Below, piece by piece: positions 32,488-42,748 of a DNA stretch of 64,000 bases (positions within the stretch are counted from its first letter, which is position 1; every line of letters begins with the position of its first letter). The translations under genes and the position numbers were made by a program. The notes beneath the pieces are model-generated. The model was not told the DNA's origin and searched no databases. It saw only the letters and a program-made list of their open reading frames with translations. The stretch comes from an uncultured Verrucomicrobiae bacterium. Lineage in GTDB: Bacteria; Verrucomicrobiota; Verrucomicrobiia; Chthoniobacterales; Terrimicrobiaceae. The stretch is taken from assembly GCA_963706955.1 (NCBI GenBank), contig CAVPOC010000010.1, positions 224,001 to 288,000 on the forward strand. The letters run 5' to 3'.

Positions 32488-34677
32488 ATGCCCATCGAAT
32501 ACTCTTCTGCAGACAGAACTTTCTTTCTGCACGCCGGCGATGCGACTTACGCCATGAAAGTGCTCACGCATGGGTTTCTCGCGCATCTTTATTGGGGAAA
32601 AAGGATCGCTACCCAGGATTTGGACTTCGTCTTGCAGTTGCGAGAGCGTGCCTTCAGTGCAAATCCCGACGGATTGGGCCAGGAATTCAGTCTTGACACC
32701 CTGCCGTTGGAATACCCGGTTTACGGAACGACCGATTTTAGGTCACCGGCGCTCGAGGTTTTTCAGCCTGAAGACGGATCGCGACTCGTGGACCTGCGGT
32801 TCAAGGATCATCGGATTATCGCCGGGAAGCCTGGTCTCTCAGGTCTTCCTTCCACCTGGATTGAAGACAAGAGGGAAGCGCAAACACTCATCATTGGACT
32901 TGAGGATTCAAAAGTCGGTCTGCGCGTCGAGCTTTCCTACAGCGCCTTCGCCGATCACTCTGTAATCACCCGGTCGGCACTCATTCTGCATCAAGGAAAG
33001 CCTCCTCTCATTGTTCGTCGAGCATTGTCTTGTTCAGTTGACTTTGCGGCGAAGGAAACGAAGTCGAATTTCCTGCATCTTTTCGGCGCGCACATTCGTG
33101 AACGCGAAGTCTGCTGCACGCCTCTTCGCCCGGGCATCCAATCGGTGGAAAGCCGTCGTGGCGCCAGCAGCCATCATCACAATCCATTCTACGCACTCAC
33201 GGAACTGGGCACAGATGAGGATCACGGATCCGTTTACGGCTTCAATCTCGTTTACAGCGGAAACTTTCTCGGACTCGCCGAATGCGATGCCGATTACGGT
33301 TGCCGCGCCCAGTTGGGAATCAATCCGTTTGATTTTTCCTGGACGCTCGAGCCTGGAACCGAATTCCAAACTCCCGAGGCGGTGCTGGTCTTCTCGGCCG
33401 AAGGTCTTGGCGGAATGTCCCGCGCTTACCATCGCCTCTATCGCCAGCATCTCTGCCGTGGGGAATGGCGGGACAAGCCACGCCCGATCGTGATCAATAA
33501 TTGGGAGGCGACCTACTTCGATTTTGACGCGACTAAACTAAACGAGATCGCTGCTGCCGCGGCGAGCTTGGGTATCGAACTATTTGTCCTCGACGACGGG
33601 TGGTTTGGCTGCCGCGATAACGATCGCTCTTCGTTGGGGGACTGGTTCGTGCACCGGACAAAACTGCCGCGAGGGCTGGCAGAGCTCGCGGGACAAATCC
33701 AAAAGAAGGGACTTAGCTTTGGTCTCTGGTTCGAACCGGAAATGATTTCGGTCGACAGCGAACTTTATCGTGCACATCCCGATTGGTGCTTGCACGTCAC
33801 CGGACGCTCCCGAAGTGAAGGACGCCATCAGCTCGTTCTCGATTTCTCGCGCAAGGAAGTTCGGGAGAATGTCTATCAGCAGATGAAGGAAATCCTCACC
33901 GCTGCGCCGATCACCTATGTGAAGTGGGATATGAATCGCAACATGACTGAGATTGGCTCCGCTGCCCTCGACGCCGGTCGTCAGCCAGAAACCGCCCACC
34001 GCTATATGCTTGGACTTTACGAGTTCATGGAGCGGCTCATTGGCGAATTTCCACATATCCTTTTCGAAGGGTGTGCCGGCGGAGGAGGCCGCTTCGACCC
34101 GGGCATCCTCTATTACATGCCGCAAATTTGGACGAGCGACGACACGGATGCGATCTGCCGTCTAAAAATCCAGCATGGCACGAGTTTGGTCTATCCCTGG
34201 AGTGCTATATCGGCTCACGTCTCGGTGGTTCCGAATCATCAGCTTGGTCGCCTCACACCGCTTCGAACCCGCGGCGACGTCGCCTTCACTGGAGCATTCG
34301 GTTATGAACTCGATGTCTCCCTCCTCGAAGCCGACGAGCGCGAAGAGATCAAACGACAGACGGCCTTCTATAAGCAGGTGCGCCAACTATTACTGAACGG
34401 TGACCTCTACCGGCTACGCAGTCCGTTCGAGTGCAACGAAGCAGCTTGGCTGGTTGTTTCACCGACGAAGGAGGAGGCACTCGTTACGCACGTAACCATC
34501 CTCGCTTTACCCAACGCAGCCCAGCGGTTCCTCCCCCTAAAAGGCCTCGACCCAAGTGCAAAATACAAGATTGACAACCTTGTTTATCGCGGAGACGCGC
34601 TCATGAACATCGGGCTCCCGATCCCTTATGCTTCAGAGGACTTTGTCAGTTGCCAATGGCATTTGAATAGGTCGTAG
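32488..34677 (+). CDS. GH36 alpha-galactosidase
   Basis: INNWEATYF, FVLDDGWFG, SLGDW, FGLWFEPEM, YVKWDMNR, CAGGGGRFD, WTSDDTD. Confidence 0.96.
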   Translation: MPIEYSSADRTFFLHAGDATYAMKVLTHGFLAHLYWGKRIATQDLDFVLQLRERAFSANPDGLGQEFSLDTLPLEYPVYGTTDFRSPALEVFQPEDGSRLVDLRFKDHRIIAGKPGLSGLPSTWIEDKREAQTLIIGLEDSKVGLRVELSYSAFADHSVITRSALILHQGKPPLIVRRALSCSVDFAAKETKSNFLHLFGAHIREREVCCTPLRPGIQSVESRRGASSHHHNPFYALTELGTDEDHGSVYGFNLVYSGNFLGLAECDADYGCRAQLGINPFDFSWTLEPGTEFQTPEAVLVFSAEGLGGMSRAYHRLYRQHLCRGEWRDKPRPIVINNWEATYFDFDATKLNEIAAAAASLGIELFVLDDGWFGCRDNDRSSLGDWFVHRTKLPRGLAELAGQIQKKGLSFGLWFEPEMISVDSELYRAHPDWCLHVTGRSRSEGRHQLVLDFSRKEVRENVYQQMKEILTAAPITYVKWDMNRNMTEIGSAALDAGRQPETAHRYMLGLYEFMERLIGEFPHILFEGCAGGGGRFDPGILYYMPQIWTSDDTDAICRLKIQHGTSLVYPWSAISAHVSVVPNHQLGRLTPLRTRGDVAFTGAFGYELDVSLLEADEREEIKRQTAFYKQVRQLLLNGDLYRLRSPFECNEAAWLVVSPTKEEALVTHVTILALPNAAQRFLPLKGLDPSAKYKIDNLVYRGDALMNIGLPIPYASEDFVSCQWHLNRS

Positions 34678-35110
34678 TTACTCACGCCGATGCCCGGCCG
34701 ACTTTCCAGGTTTTGAAGCTCGGTCTCAACCGCCAAGTCGAATCCTTCACCGGGCGTGCTGGTATTGCACAGCCGGCGGGACATCCTAGCCTGTTGGTCG
34801 GCCGCTCAGCCCAAGACCGCTCCTGTCCCAATTTTTCGAAATCCAGCGAATTCCCCGCCAGGAAACGATGCGTCTTGCCCGTCATCTCCCAAACGTAGCC
34901 TCGGGGACGTAAAGGCGCCTGCGAGCGGCAACAGCATTGTCTCGCACCAGCAAGCTCGTCTTTTCATTTTTTACGTCGCTCGCGGTAAACGCAGAGTTCA
35001 TGCACGTAATGAATGGCTTTCGTCTGAGGCAAGCAGACGAGACAGTAGCGATCTTGTCTGGCAAATTGCGTATTTCATAGTTCAGGATTAATACCTTCAA
35101 CAACCACGTC

Positions 35111-35494
35111 ATGAGTTCGTACAAGCCAGAAAACTACCCGTCGGTCTCGCCCTACTTAATCGTCACAAATGCCGGGGCGGCTATTGATTTTCTGATCGCT
35201 GTTTTCGATGCGGTCGAGGTTCGGCGATTTGCGGATACCGATGGCCGAGTGATGCACGCTGAAGTTCGCCTCGACGACACGGTTATCATGCTGGGCGACT
35301 CCGCCGATCAATGGCCTGCCGTGGAATCACATGTTCACGTCTATGTTCCGGATGTTGACGTCGCTTATGCACGAGCCTTGCAACACGGCGCCACCTCTGT
35401 GCAGTCGCCAGAGAAGAAAGACGACGACGATAAGCGAGGCGGGGCAAAAGATCCGTGGGGCACCACTTGGTGGATTGCCACCAGGATCGCATAG
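35111..35494 (+). CDS. VOC/PhnB-like glyoxalase family protein
   Basis: VSPYLIV..A..AIDF, MHAEV, HVYVPDVD, KDPWGTTWWIAT. Confidence 0.9.
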   Translation: MSSYKPENYPSVSPYLIVTNAGAAIDFLIAVFDAVEVRRFADTDGRVMHAEVRLDDTVIMLGDSADQWPAVESHVHVYVPDVDVAYARALQHGATSVQSPEKKDDDDKRGGAKDPWGTTWWIATRIA

Positions 35495-36141
35495 CTCCGT
35501 TCGCGGTAGAAAAGTGCCTTCCGTTTCGGGCCGGAACGGGCAAATCTTCTACGAGCCCGAACCGCGGCTAGTGAGGATGCACGCTTTCCGTCTCCGCAAT
35601 GCTTTGCCTGCTTCGTGGCAGAGGGTTGGGCAATTCGTTTTATCGCGCAGCGATTCGTGCCGGATCATCTAAGCGCGTGTGCGGCGGGACGTCTCCACGA
35701 GCGGGTTGAGCAACAATTCTTATCTTCCGTTTATCGAGCTAGATGCGACGCTTACTAGGCCTCGACGGCGAGGAGGCGAGTCGATAGCATAGAGTTTAAC
35801 GCTACTTCCCTTTAGCCAAGCAGCGGAGTTCCACAGGTAGGCTTCGGCTCTGAAAAAAAGCGGTGTGCGTGCAGCGACTACGCTGCGGATAATCTCGAGC
35901 GGTGTTGATACGGGCTTTCGCTGGGCGGATTAACTGACGTACGCCTTTCAATTTTACCAACCAGGCCGGTCTCCCAAGGCCTTAGGTATCTCTATACTGC
36001 TAACGGATCCGTCCTATGCTCCGATATCGAGCAAAGGGACGGCACTCTCGAGTGTCGTTTGAAAACAACTTAAATAAGCAGAGAAGTCTCTTCAAAAAGT
36101 CGGGCATCTGTTGCATACTTTGATAGGGAGGTTTCCACTAT

Positions 36142-36170
36142 ACTATATCGACTTCCTTAGGCACTGTCAA
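36142..36170 (-). promoter_or_regulatory. Near-consensus sigma70 promoter pointing into an ORF-poor region
   Basis: Minus strand TTGACA (36170-36165), 17 nt, TATAGT (36147-36142). Confidence 0.55.
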
Positions 36171-36274
36171 GCCCTGGTGGCTGCCCGCAGCGCGCACGCA
36201 CCTTTTACATGCGGCGAGCCACTCTCTCACAACGTTCTTTGTTTTACCTGGCCCTATTGACTAATAGCTGCGGT

Positions 36275-36773
36275 TTAGGCTGGGGCGATAACCGTGACCG
36301 TGCTTCTGAACCTCGATACCTCAAAGCGCCGTCCTCGACAAACAAGATCCCGCCGTCGCGTGGATTCACCGAGGCGCAAGGACCGCATTAGCAATTGCAA
36401 TAACGCCTCGCGCCGCGCCAAATTGGCTGCCTGTTCTAAACCCGATATTGCCGCCTGCGGCTAACCGCTGCACAACCAAGATCGTCTCGAACGCAGAGTT
36501 AGTCGCGTTGCGGCCGTTGATCTGGAACTCGTCGGACTGAACCGCAATCTCGTACTTTCCCTTGGCTGGATCGTTCGGATCCTGACTGGTCTCGACGAAC
36601 TCGATGTCGGGATTCGGATCATCGATCCTGATCGAGGCCGCGCCTCCACAGCTGCTTACCTGTCTGATACGCAATGCGGGTTGGTTATATTCTGGGTTTG
36701 TGGCAGTCACTTCGAGCACAGCAGAAGCCGAGTCAAGGGTGCCATCGTTTGATGTGATGGATATTGTCGCCAT
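36275..36773 (-). CDS. Hypothetical beta-rich protein with phage tail-fibre/hyaluronidase-like C-terminal motif; two frameshifts near the end
   Basis: RBS AGGAGA before ATG; frame-corrected end FG...GVIAIANAVLAPSVNP..GGILFVEDGALRYRGS..TVTVIAPA*. Confidence 0.55.
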
Positions 36774-37209
36774 CCTATTTCTCCTAATAGTGGTTTTGGC
36801 AAGAACTAGATCGATGCCAATTTGGGTGGACCCTTTTGACGTCGCTTTAAAGCCTCTGCCTTCATGATCAAGATGGGCCAAAGAAAGCAGCATCCACTTA
36901 GGAAACACGGCCCACGCCGATCTCATGGGCGCGTCCAGCGCCCACGCTCGGGTGGAACCAAAAGGTTAGCAATACGCCGAGCGCCACTCAGCACCTTTTA
37001 GAAAAAGCTTCCCACAAGCTGCACAACGGCTTTGTCTGGCATACATTCTCGTCGAGCATTTGTTTGTGGAGTCTTGGTTTTCTGCCAGCCACGGTCCCAC
37101 TTTGTCGCCCTTGCTAGTTACCTCGGATTCTCCGCGAGTTCGTCGAACCCTCTTGGCGAATATACGCACATGCTGATCCCCTTATTGCTCTTCGGTCGTT
37201 TGGTTTCCA

Positions 37210-38433
37210 CTAGCTCGCCCGTCTCTTTCTCGGTTCTCCGCTCCTTTTTCGTGTGTTCGAGGTTTGCACAGTAAGACCCGCTTCCGGTCCCCGCGTTTCC
37301 ACTTCCTCGAGATGTTCTTCAATAAAACTCTCCAGTTCCTCAGCGGCTTCGATCTTTGCCGCGAGGGCGCCTTCCTTTGCTCGGAACGCGCGGTGTTTCG
37401 CGATCGCCCTCTCGACGTCAAGCGGGCCGATAGCGAGATCCTTGCTGAGCGACTGAGTCAACTCGGTTCTGGCTGCCGCGCGTCGCGCTTTTAGGTCCCG
37501 GACAAAATTGCAGAACAGTAATCGCCGACGCGAAGCGAATACCCTGGCAACTGCCACGGCGATTTGTTGTCGGAATTCCTCCCTGGCTCTACGCGACTGT
37601 TCAAGCTGGATGCCACGCGTGGCCAACCGATTGATAATGTTCTCTGGACTAAAGCCTTGAAATTTGGGCTTGTCATTGCAAGTGCTGATCTTGACTTCGA
37701 TCGACAGATTCAAATCGTTCAATGCCTGCTCGACGGCTCTCTTTAGTGGCAGCGAAGCTCCTCCGCCGATATAAACATCGGCTTCATCCTCTTTACGGTC
37801 GAAACCGTGAAAGGCCACTCCGTAGCAGAAGGTCCGCGACGCAAGAGGCTGGAGCAGTGGAAAGCACGCCGGCTGAATATCTTCCGAAGTGATGTGCCAG
37901 CGGTCGAAGGCGTCTTTGTCCCGATCGCCGTCGCCTTTGCAGAGCCAGAATGATGCCGGGAAAGAGGCAGCCTTCAGTTCCGTGAAAACATTGGGCGCTT
38001 GTAGATCGGTGTGCGGCTCGATTTCTCCGCCATGGGGCGCAATGGCAAGGAAGTAAGCTTGTTTCCCATCGTCATCGGCCAGTTCAAAAAAGCTGAAAGT
38101 TCCCGACCGCGGCGCGTCATCGACGACTTTGGCTTGGACTATTCCTCCCATTGCTTCGGCCGTACCAAGCCGCTCCCGCCCCGTTTGGCCAGTGCGAACG
38201 ACATTGGCCAGCTCAGGATTGCCCAGATCGGCGTCGGGATTGGCCTGTTTCACCGTAAAGACGGCCACGAAATTAGGACTTTCGCTTCGCGTGACTCGAA
38301 CCTGTTGGCCGAGAGAACGGCCGATGGAATTCAACATGGCTGGGTCCGCCGAGCAACGTTCGGACTCATTCTTCAGATCGTCCTGCTCAGGGAGCTGAAG
38401 CTTCAATATCTGTGCGGAGTATTCAGATGACAT
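37210..38433 (-). CDS. Poly-gamma-glutamate hydrolase family (PghP/DUF867) protein with N- and C-terminal extensions
   Basis: IAPHGGEIEPHT, WHITS, VAFHGF, VYIGG, G.SPENIINR, GIQLEQ. Confidence 0.85.
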   Translation of the reverse strand: MSSEYSAQILKLQLPEQDDLKNESERCSADPAMLNSIGRSLGQQVRVTRSESPNFVAVFTVKQANPDADLGNPELANVVRTGQTGRERLGTAEAMGGIVQAKVVDDAPRSGTFSFFELADDDGKQAYFLAIAPHGGEIEPHTDLQAPNVFTELKAASFPASFWLCKGDGDRDKDAFDRWHITSEDIQPACFPLLQPLASRTFCYGVAFHGFDRKEDEADVYIGGGASLPLKRAVEQALNDLNLSIEVKISTCNDKPKFQGFSPENIINRLATRGIQLEQSRRAREEFRQQIAVAVARVFASRRRLLFCNFVRDLKARRAAARTELTQSLSKDLAIGPLDVERAIAKHRAFRAKEGALAAKIEAAEELESFIEEHLEEVETRGPEAGLTVQTSNTRKRSGEPRKRRAS

Positions 38434-38540
38434 AATGGTTTATTTTGCTGCTGGCGGAATAACAACCCGGCGGCGGACACGGCGGCAATCCTGCAGATGG
38501 CGGTTAAGGGGCAGCTGATTTCAGGCCGTAGGTGTCAGAT

Positions 38541-38741
38541 GGGGTCGGTCCTATAATTTACACATGCCGGCACGGGTTGCCCTGCATGCTCTGCTTAACT
38601 CCCTCAGGGAAGCGAGTAGGAAATCGATTGTCTTCGTTTGCCAATCGCTCCTGCAAACGCCAAATTCGGCTTCGCAGCGATCTCTCGGGTAGCCATCTAC
38701 TGCCTTCGGAGTATCCGGATGTATATTATAGGACTGACCCC
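38541..38741 (+). repeat. ~200-bp element copy A (ends GGGGTCGGTCCTATAAT...ATTATAGGACTGACCCC)
   Basis: Core aatcgattgtcttcgt...gccaaattcggcttcgcagcgatctc shared with copies B-G. Confidence 0.92.
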
Positions 38742-38752
38742 TTGCCCCCGCA

Positions 38753-39230
38753 CCTCGGGTGGCCTTCCCGCAGATGTGCACCTTTGCAATCAGGTTGGCG
38801 CGCAGCAGATCGGCCAGAATGCGGGCCATCCACCTTGTCGGTCTTGATCTGCGCCTCGACGATAATGCGGGTTCTTAAAATGGATTCGCTAACACGATGT
38901 CCTCTCGCGGCATCGCCTCTTCCAGAATCTCAAGCAACCAGTGCCAGTTCATGCAGGCCTCAAAGACTACCCGACACCCGGGCGCATCGCCGCACCAGCG
39001 ATACAAATTGCTCCGGGCAGAGGTGATCGATGCGCCCCCTTTCCAGAATCATTCCCTGCGCCTCGAGCACACAGAAGACACTGTAGCGCTTGTGATAGTC
39101 GATGCCGATGAAGCTCGACTCCGCTTTTAGGATAGGTTGTGTTCTCTCACACAATCTACACCCTTCGATTTTCTGCGGATTGCCAGACCATCCCACCCGC
39201 AGATCAAGCAACCATCAGCCTTTCATGTCG
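38753..39230 (-). mobile_element. IS110-family element, 5' half only, frameshifted
   Basis: FIGIDYHKRYSVFCV (DEDD RuvC-like N-terminus), remnants of the KTDKVDA motif; end GACATGAAAGGC abuts GGGGTCAGGC. Confidence 0.85.
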
Positions 39231-39289
39231 CCTGACCCCTTGCCTAACATGATATTACTTTCAGGCATCAAACACAGTTTCCAAGAGAA

Positions 39290-39700
39290 ATGCTTTTGAA
39301 GATAAAGAAGATCACAATCGACCCGGATCCGTACGAGCCCTTCCGCCTCGCGCAGGGCTATCGCGTCGGCGAGCTTCTCTTTATCTCGGGCCAGGCGGCG
39401 ATCGACGCGAGCGGACAACTCGTCGGCGTCGGCAACTTCGATGTCCAGGCCGAGCAGGTCTTCGCGAACCTCGAGCGGGTTCTCCGTGCTGGTGGCTCAA
39501 GCCTCGCGAACATCATCAAGGTCACCATCTTCCTTCGGGATATGTCGAACTTTCCGAAGATCGTCGAGCTTCGGGGTCGCTACTTCACGCCTCCGTATCC
39601 GGCCGACACGATCGTCGAGGTCACGTCCCTCTACTCCCCCGAGGCGCTGATCGAGATTGAGGCGATCGCCGTAGTGGACGAGGCGGTGGAGCGGACGTGA
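39290..39700 (+). CDS. RidA/YjgF family protein
   Basis: LLFISGQ, QAEQVFANL, IIKVTIFL, P.DTIVEV, LIEIEAIA. Confidence 0.92.
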   Translation: MLLKIKKITIDPDPYEPFRLAQGYRVGELLFISGQAAIDASGQLVGVGNFDVQAEQVFANLERVLRAGGSSLANIIKVTIFLRDMSNFPKIVELRGRYFTPPYPADTIVEVTSLYSPEALIEIEAIAVVDEAVERT

Positions 39701-39750
39701 GAGCGGAGAAGGGGAAAATGAGCAGGCAAGTTCGTCAATTCATCTGCTTC

Positions 39751-39824
39751 GTTCAACACGTCATTGCAGCAGTCGGAAGAAACACTGGCGCGTTTCCCTC
39801 CGCCGCTGAATTCCAGCGTTAGTC
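39751..39824 (+). other. Integron attC recombination site
   Basis: R'' GTTCAAC, 5 nt, L'' ATTGCAGC, paired centre, L' GCTGAAT (pairs with L'' leaving one extra G), 6 nt, R' GTTAGTC; ATG follows 5 nt later. Confidence 0.8.
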
Positions 39825-39829
39825 ATTCT

Positions 39830-40330
39830 ATGAGCAATTCATGGGCACAACAACTACTCACAAAAACCTCATTATCCTCTTACTTGATTGAGGACATCCT
39901 TCGGGAGACAGGAGGGCTTGATCACGATCTCCAAAAGAAGCTTGCTCTGAAGATTGAAACCAAGGCCGACCTCAAAAATCTGCGGGAAGCAGCAAAACTC
40001 TTAAAGAACAACATCTCCCGCGAAACCTCAGAGACTTTGAAGGAGGAAATCCAGGAAATCGCTAAAGATTTCAAATGGTCAGGAACGACTCGTGGTAAAT
40101 ACATCATGACAATCAATAATTGGATACACACTTTTCATTCCGAATTTCGAGCCATGAAGGAATTTGAAGATGCCTTGATCGGTGGCCACACTGAGATGAT
40201 GGTCGTCTTCGTCTGTGGGAAGGTGAAATCAAATGATGTTCGAGAAAAATTACTGAAATATGTTCAGTCAAAGAATCCTCCATTCAAGATTCACGTTAAG
40301 TTAGACGTGATAGATAGGATGCATGACTAG
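39830..40330 (+). CDS. AT-rich hypothetical protein forming an integron gene cassette
   Basis: Starts just after GTTAGTC and ends in the complementary GACTA; lower GC than its neighbours. Confidence 0.75.
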   Translation: MSNSWAQQLLTKTSLSSYLIEDILRETGGLDHDLQKKLALKIETKADLKNLREAAKLLKNNISRETSETLKEEIQEIAKDFKWSGTTRGKYIMTINNWIHTFHSEFRAMKEFEDALIGGHTEMMVVFVCGKVKSNDVREKLLKYVQSKNPPFKIHVKLDVIDRMHD

Positions 40331-40515
40331 TCGGGTCCCCGTGACTAAGTATTAGTCAGCCACGGGTCCCACACCACCGGACGTGCGGGTCCGCATCCGG
40401 CGGTTCCGATCGGACTCGGGCTTTTGGCCCCGTAGTGAAGTTTGATCCACAATGTGCGCATGTCGGGAACTCCCTGCTGTTCCAGCCAGCTGTTGTTGAG
40501 CGCTTGTTGCAATTC
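40330..40515 (-). mobile_element. 3' fragment of a group IIC (attC-targeting) intron: maturase C-terminus, DV and DVI
   Basis: Minus strand LQQALNNSWLEQQGVPDMRTLWIKLHYG; DV GAACCGCCGGATGCGGACCCGCACGTCCGGTGGTGTGG with CGC triad; DVI hairpin; terminal AC joined to TAGTC. Confidence 0.88.
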
Positions 40516-40569
40516 AGTTGCTATCCGCTACGCATCCGGAGCAGCCAGCCAGCACGAGCGGATGCAGAT

Positions 40570-40765
40570 GGGGTCGGTCCCATAATTTACATGTTGCCGC
40601 GCGAACTAGCTTGCATGCTCTGCTTAACTTCCTCAGGGAAGCGAGTAGGAAATCGATTGTCTTCGTTGCCAATCGCTCCTGCAAACGCCAAATTCGGCTT
40701 CGCAGCGATCTCCCGGGTAGCATCTACTGCCATCGGAGTATAAGGATGTATATAGGACTGATCCC
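40570..40765 (+). repeat. ~200-bp element copy B
   Basis: ggggtcggtcccataatttac...tataggactgatccc, same core. Confidence 0.92.
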
Positions 40766-40813
40766 TTTTGCCTGGCCCGTTCTACGCGAAAGGGCGGGAG
40801 TTACAGTTTGCTC

Positions 40814-42748
40814 TTAGACGGCGTCCGGGAGGATCCCTTTGGTGAGCCGTTCGACTCCCTGCCTGGCGAAGTCACTTGGCGGATATACGTTCCGGGCCTT
40901 CAGGTACCAGGCGAGGCTGGAACCGGACTGGTCTTTCTGCTCCAGTTCCTCCGCTTGCCGGATCGCGTGGACGAAGTCCGCGGCTCTTGTGGTCAGGTTG
41001 GCTCGGACTTGGTTGAGCTTGTTATCGTTGGGATAGCTGCGGAAGGCCCTCTCGGCGCTTTCCCAAGCTCCAGCAAAGTCGCCGCGCTTTTCGATCTCCT
41101 GGGCCTGAATGAGCGCGGTCTCGATGACCTGCATGTCTTCAAGCACCTTGCGCAATTGCTCCTGCTTTTCCGGATGCATGGCGCTGGCGGCAATGAAACG
41201 CATCCTGTTCTCGTAAATTTGTCTGTAGTTCTTCTGGCTGAGAAGCTGATCAAAATCGACCATGGCCCGGGACTGGACATCGGCTTGAGAGAAGATGACT
41301 TTTGAGACCTCGGCCAGCGAGGGGTTGCGCGGCCAGATTTCGGTGGCGGCTTTCAACTCGGTTTCCAGCGTGGCCTTGTCGCCGCTTACCGCGGCATTGC
41401 GCGCCTTTGCGATGTGCATCGCGGAAATCTGCTTTGCGGTTTCTACGGCAGCCATCGGTTTGGAGGCATCGAAATCCTTGGCGGTTTCACCTAGTTGGGT
41501 CACCAACTTCTCCGCAAGGGCATAGTCTTTGACCTCAATCGCGCTGATGAGCTGGTTTGACTTGTGGACGAAAGCCAGCGCCTTCCGCTTGTCTTTCCGG
41601 TCGAGTGTCCGGACCTCCGGGAGGTATTCGCCAAGCATGAAGGTTTCCGCGAGCCGTTTCGTCGCGCTTTCGAGCTCGTTTTTCTCGAGCAGAAATTTGA
41701 AAGCCTGGATACCCTCACGCACGTCGCCCATGATTTCATTGGCCAGCGAATCGATTGTGCCCATGTTGGGCGGCAAGCCACTGGTCTTGGCGACCAGGCT
41801 CTTTGCATCTTCGCCGATGCGCAGCCGGCTATCACCATCAGCAAAGATATTGCGATAGAATCGGGTCCCAATGATGGCGTGCTCGAACCGCCTCTGAAGG
41901 AAATGCTGAACGATGAGGGATTGGAAGTCGATCTTCACCTGAAGCTCGGCGACCTCGCGCTTGAGCTGATTCGCCCGGATCAACGCATTGACCTCCGCGA
42001 GCCTCGTTACGATAGGCTGCATTTGCATGTCACGGCTGAGCTGCTGTGCTTGTTGCTGAGGGTTTGGCCCGCCCTCCTTCGATTTGTTGGAACCACCGCT
42101 GTCCATCTTGGTGCCCTCGGCGGTTAAACGCGCGTTCCACTCCAAGCGCTTCCTTTCATCCTCAAGGCTCTTGCTCGCCGCGTTCAGCCGGTCATTACTC
42201 TTTCGTGAAAGCCAGGCCGAGTAGACCTGGCTCGCGATGGAGTCGCAAAGGTGAGCGTCCTGTTCAAATTGGGAGGCCTTGGCGAGGCACTGGAAGGCTT
42301 GGTCTATGGACTGCAGCCTGACCCTGCCCGGCGCGAGCAAATCCCTAATTTCACCGAGGAGCGCCTGGTACTCATTATCGGATTCTGTCGTCGCCGCCGG
42401 AGCGTTGAGGTATTTCTCGAAGCGGGCCTGAAAGAGCGCGTTGTTGCTGACGTTCCAGCTCTTGCCGTCCCACATCGCTGTGTTGCTCCCGGGATCAAAA
42501 AACGGGATGCCCTTGCCAAGAAAGATTGAGCCGCCAGCAGGGGCGGCCGATTGCGATTGGCCACCCGAACCTTCAGCAGGCGCGGCCGGCGGGGCGGCTT
42601 GTGGCTGCTGGGGGAAGACTTGGATGGACTGCTGGGGTGCAGCCGCTTGAGGAGGAGCTTGCTGGACCGGATCTTGAGACGCGGGGGGATTTTGTTGGGC
42701 CGCCGCGAGCGCTAAGGAAAGGAGCCACGCAGGAAACGCGTATTTCAT
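40814..42748 (-). CDS. Secreted alpha-helical hypothetical protein with TPR-like C-terminus
   Basis: Signal peptide, Q/P/A-rich linker, coiled coil, TPR-like ends (WESAERAF..YP, WYLKA...YP). Confidence 0.75.
   Translation of the reverse strand: MKYAFPAWLLSLALAAAQQNPPASQDPVQQAPPQAAAPQQSIQVFPQQPQAAPPAAPAEGSGGQSQSAAPAGGSIFLGKGIPFFDPGSNTAMWDGKSWNVSNNALFQARFEKYLNAPAATTESDNEYQALLGEIRDLLAPGRVRLQSIDQAFQCLAKASQFEQDAHLCDSIASQVYSAWLSRKSNDRLNAASKSLEDERKRLEWNARLTAEGTKMDSGGSNKSKEGGPNPQQQAQQLSRDMQMQPIVTRLAEVNALIRANQLKREVAELQVKIDFQSLIVQHFLQRRFEHAIIGTRFYRNIFADGDSRLRIGEDAKSLVAKTSGLPPNMGTIDSLANEIMGDVREGIQAFKFLLEKNELESATKRLAETFMLGEYLPEVRTLDRKDKRKALAFVHKSNQLISAIEVKDYALAEKLVTQLGETAKDFDASKPMAAVETAKQISAMHIAKARNAAVSGDKATLETELKAATEIWPRNPSLAEVSKVIFSQADVQSRAMVDFDQLLSQKNYRQIYENRMRFIAASAMHPEKQEQLRKVLEDMQVIETALIQAQEIEKRGDFAGAWESAERAFRSYPNDNKLNQVRANLTTRAADFVHAIRQAEELEQKDQSGSSLAWYLKARNVYPPSDFARQGVERLTKGILPDAV

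Noticed and set aside
36275..38433. Prophage
   Set aside because: Only two phage-like genes; no integrase, terminase, capsid or lysis genes.
39290..39757. RidA gene as the cassette belonging to the attC at 39751
   Set aside because: The matching GTTGAAC core site is not present upstream of the gene.
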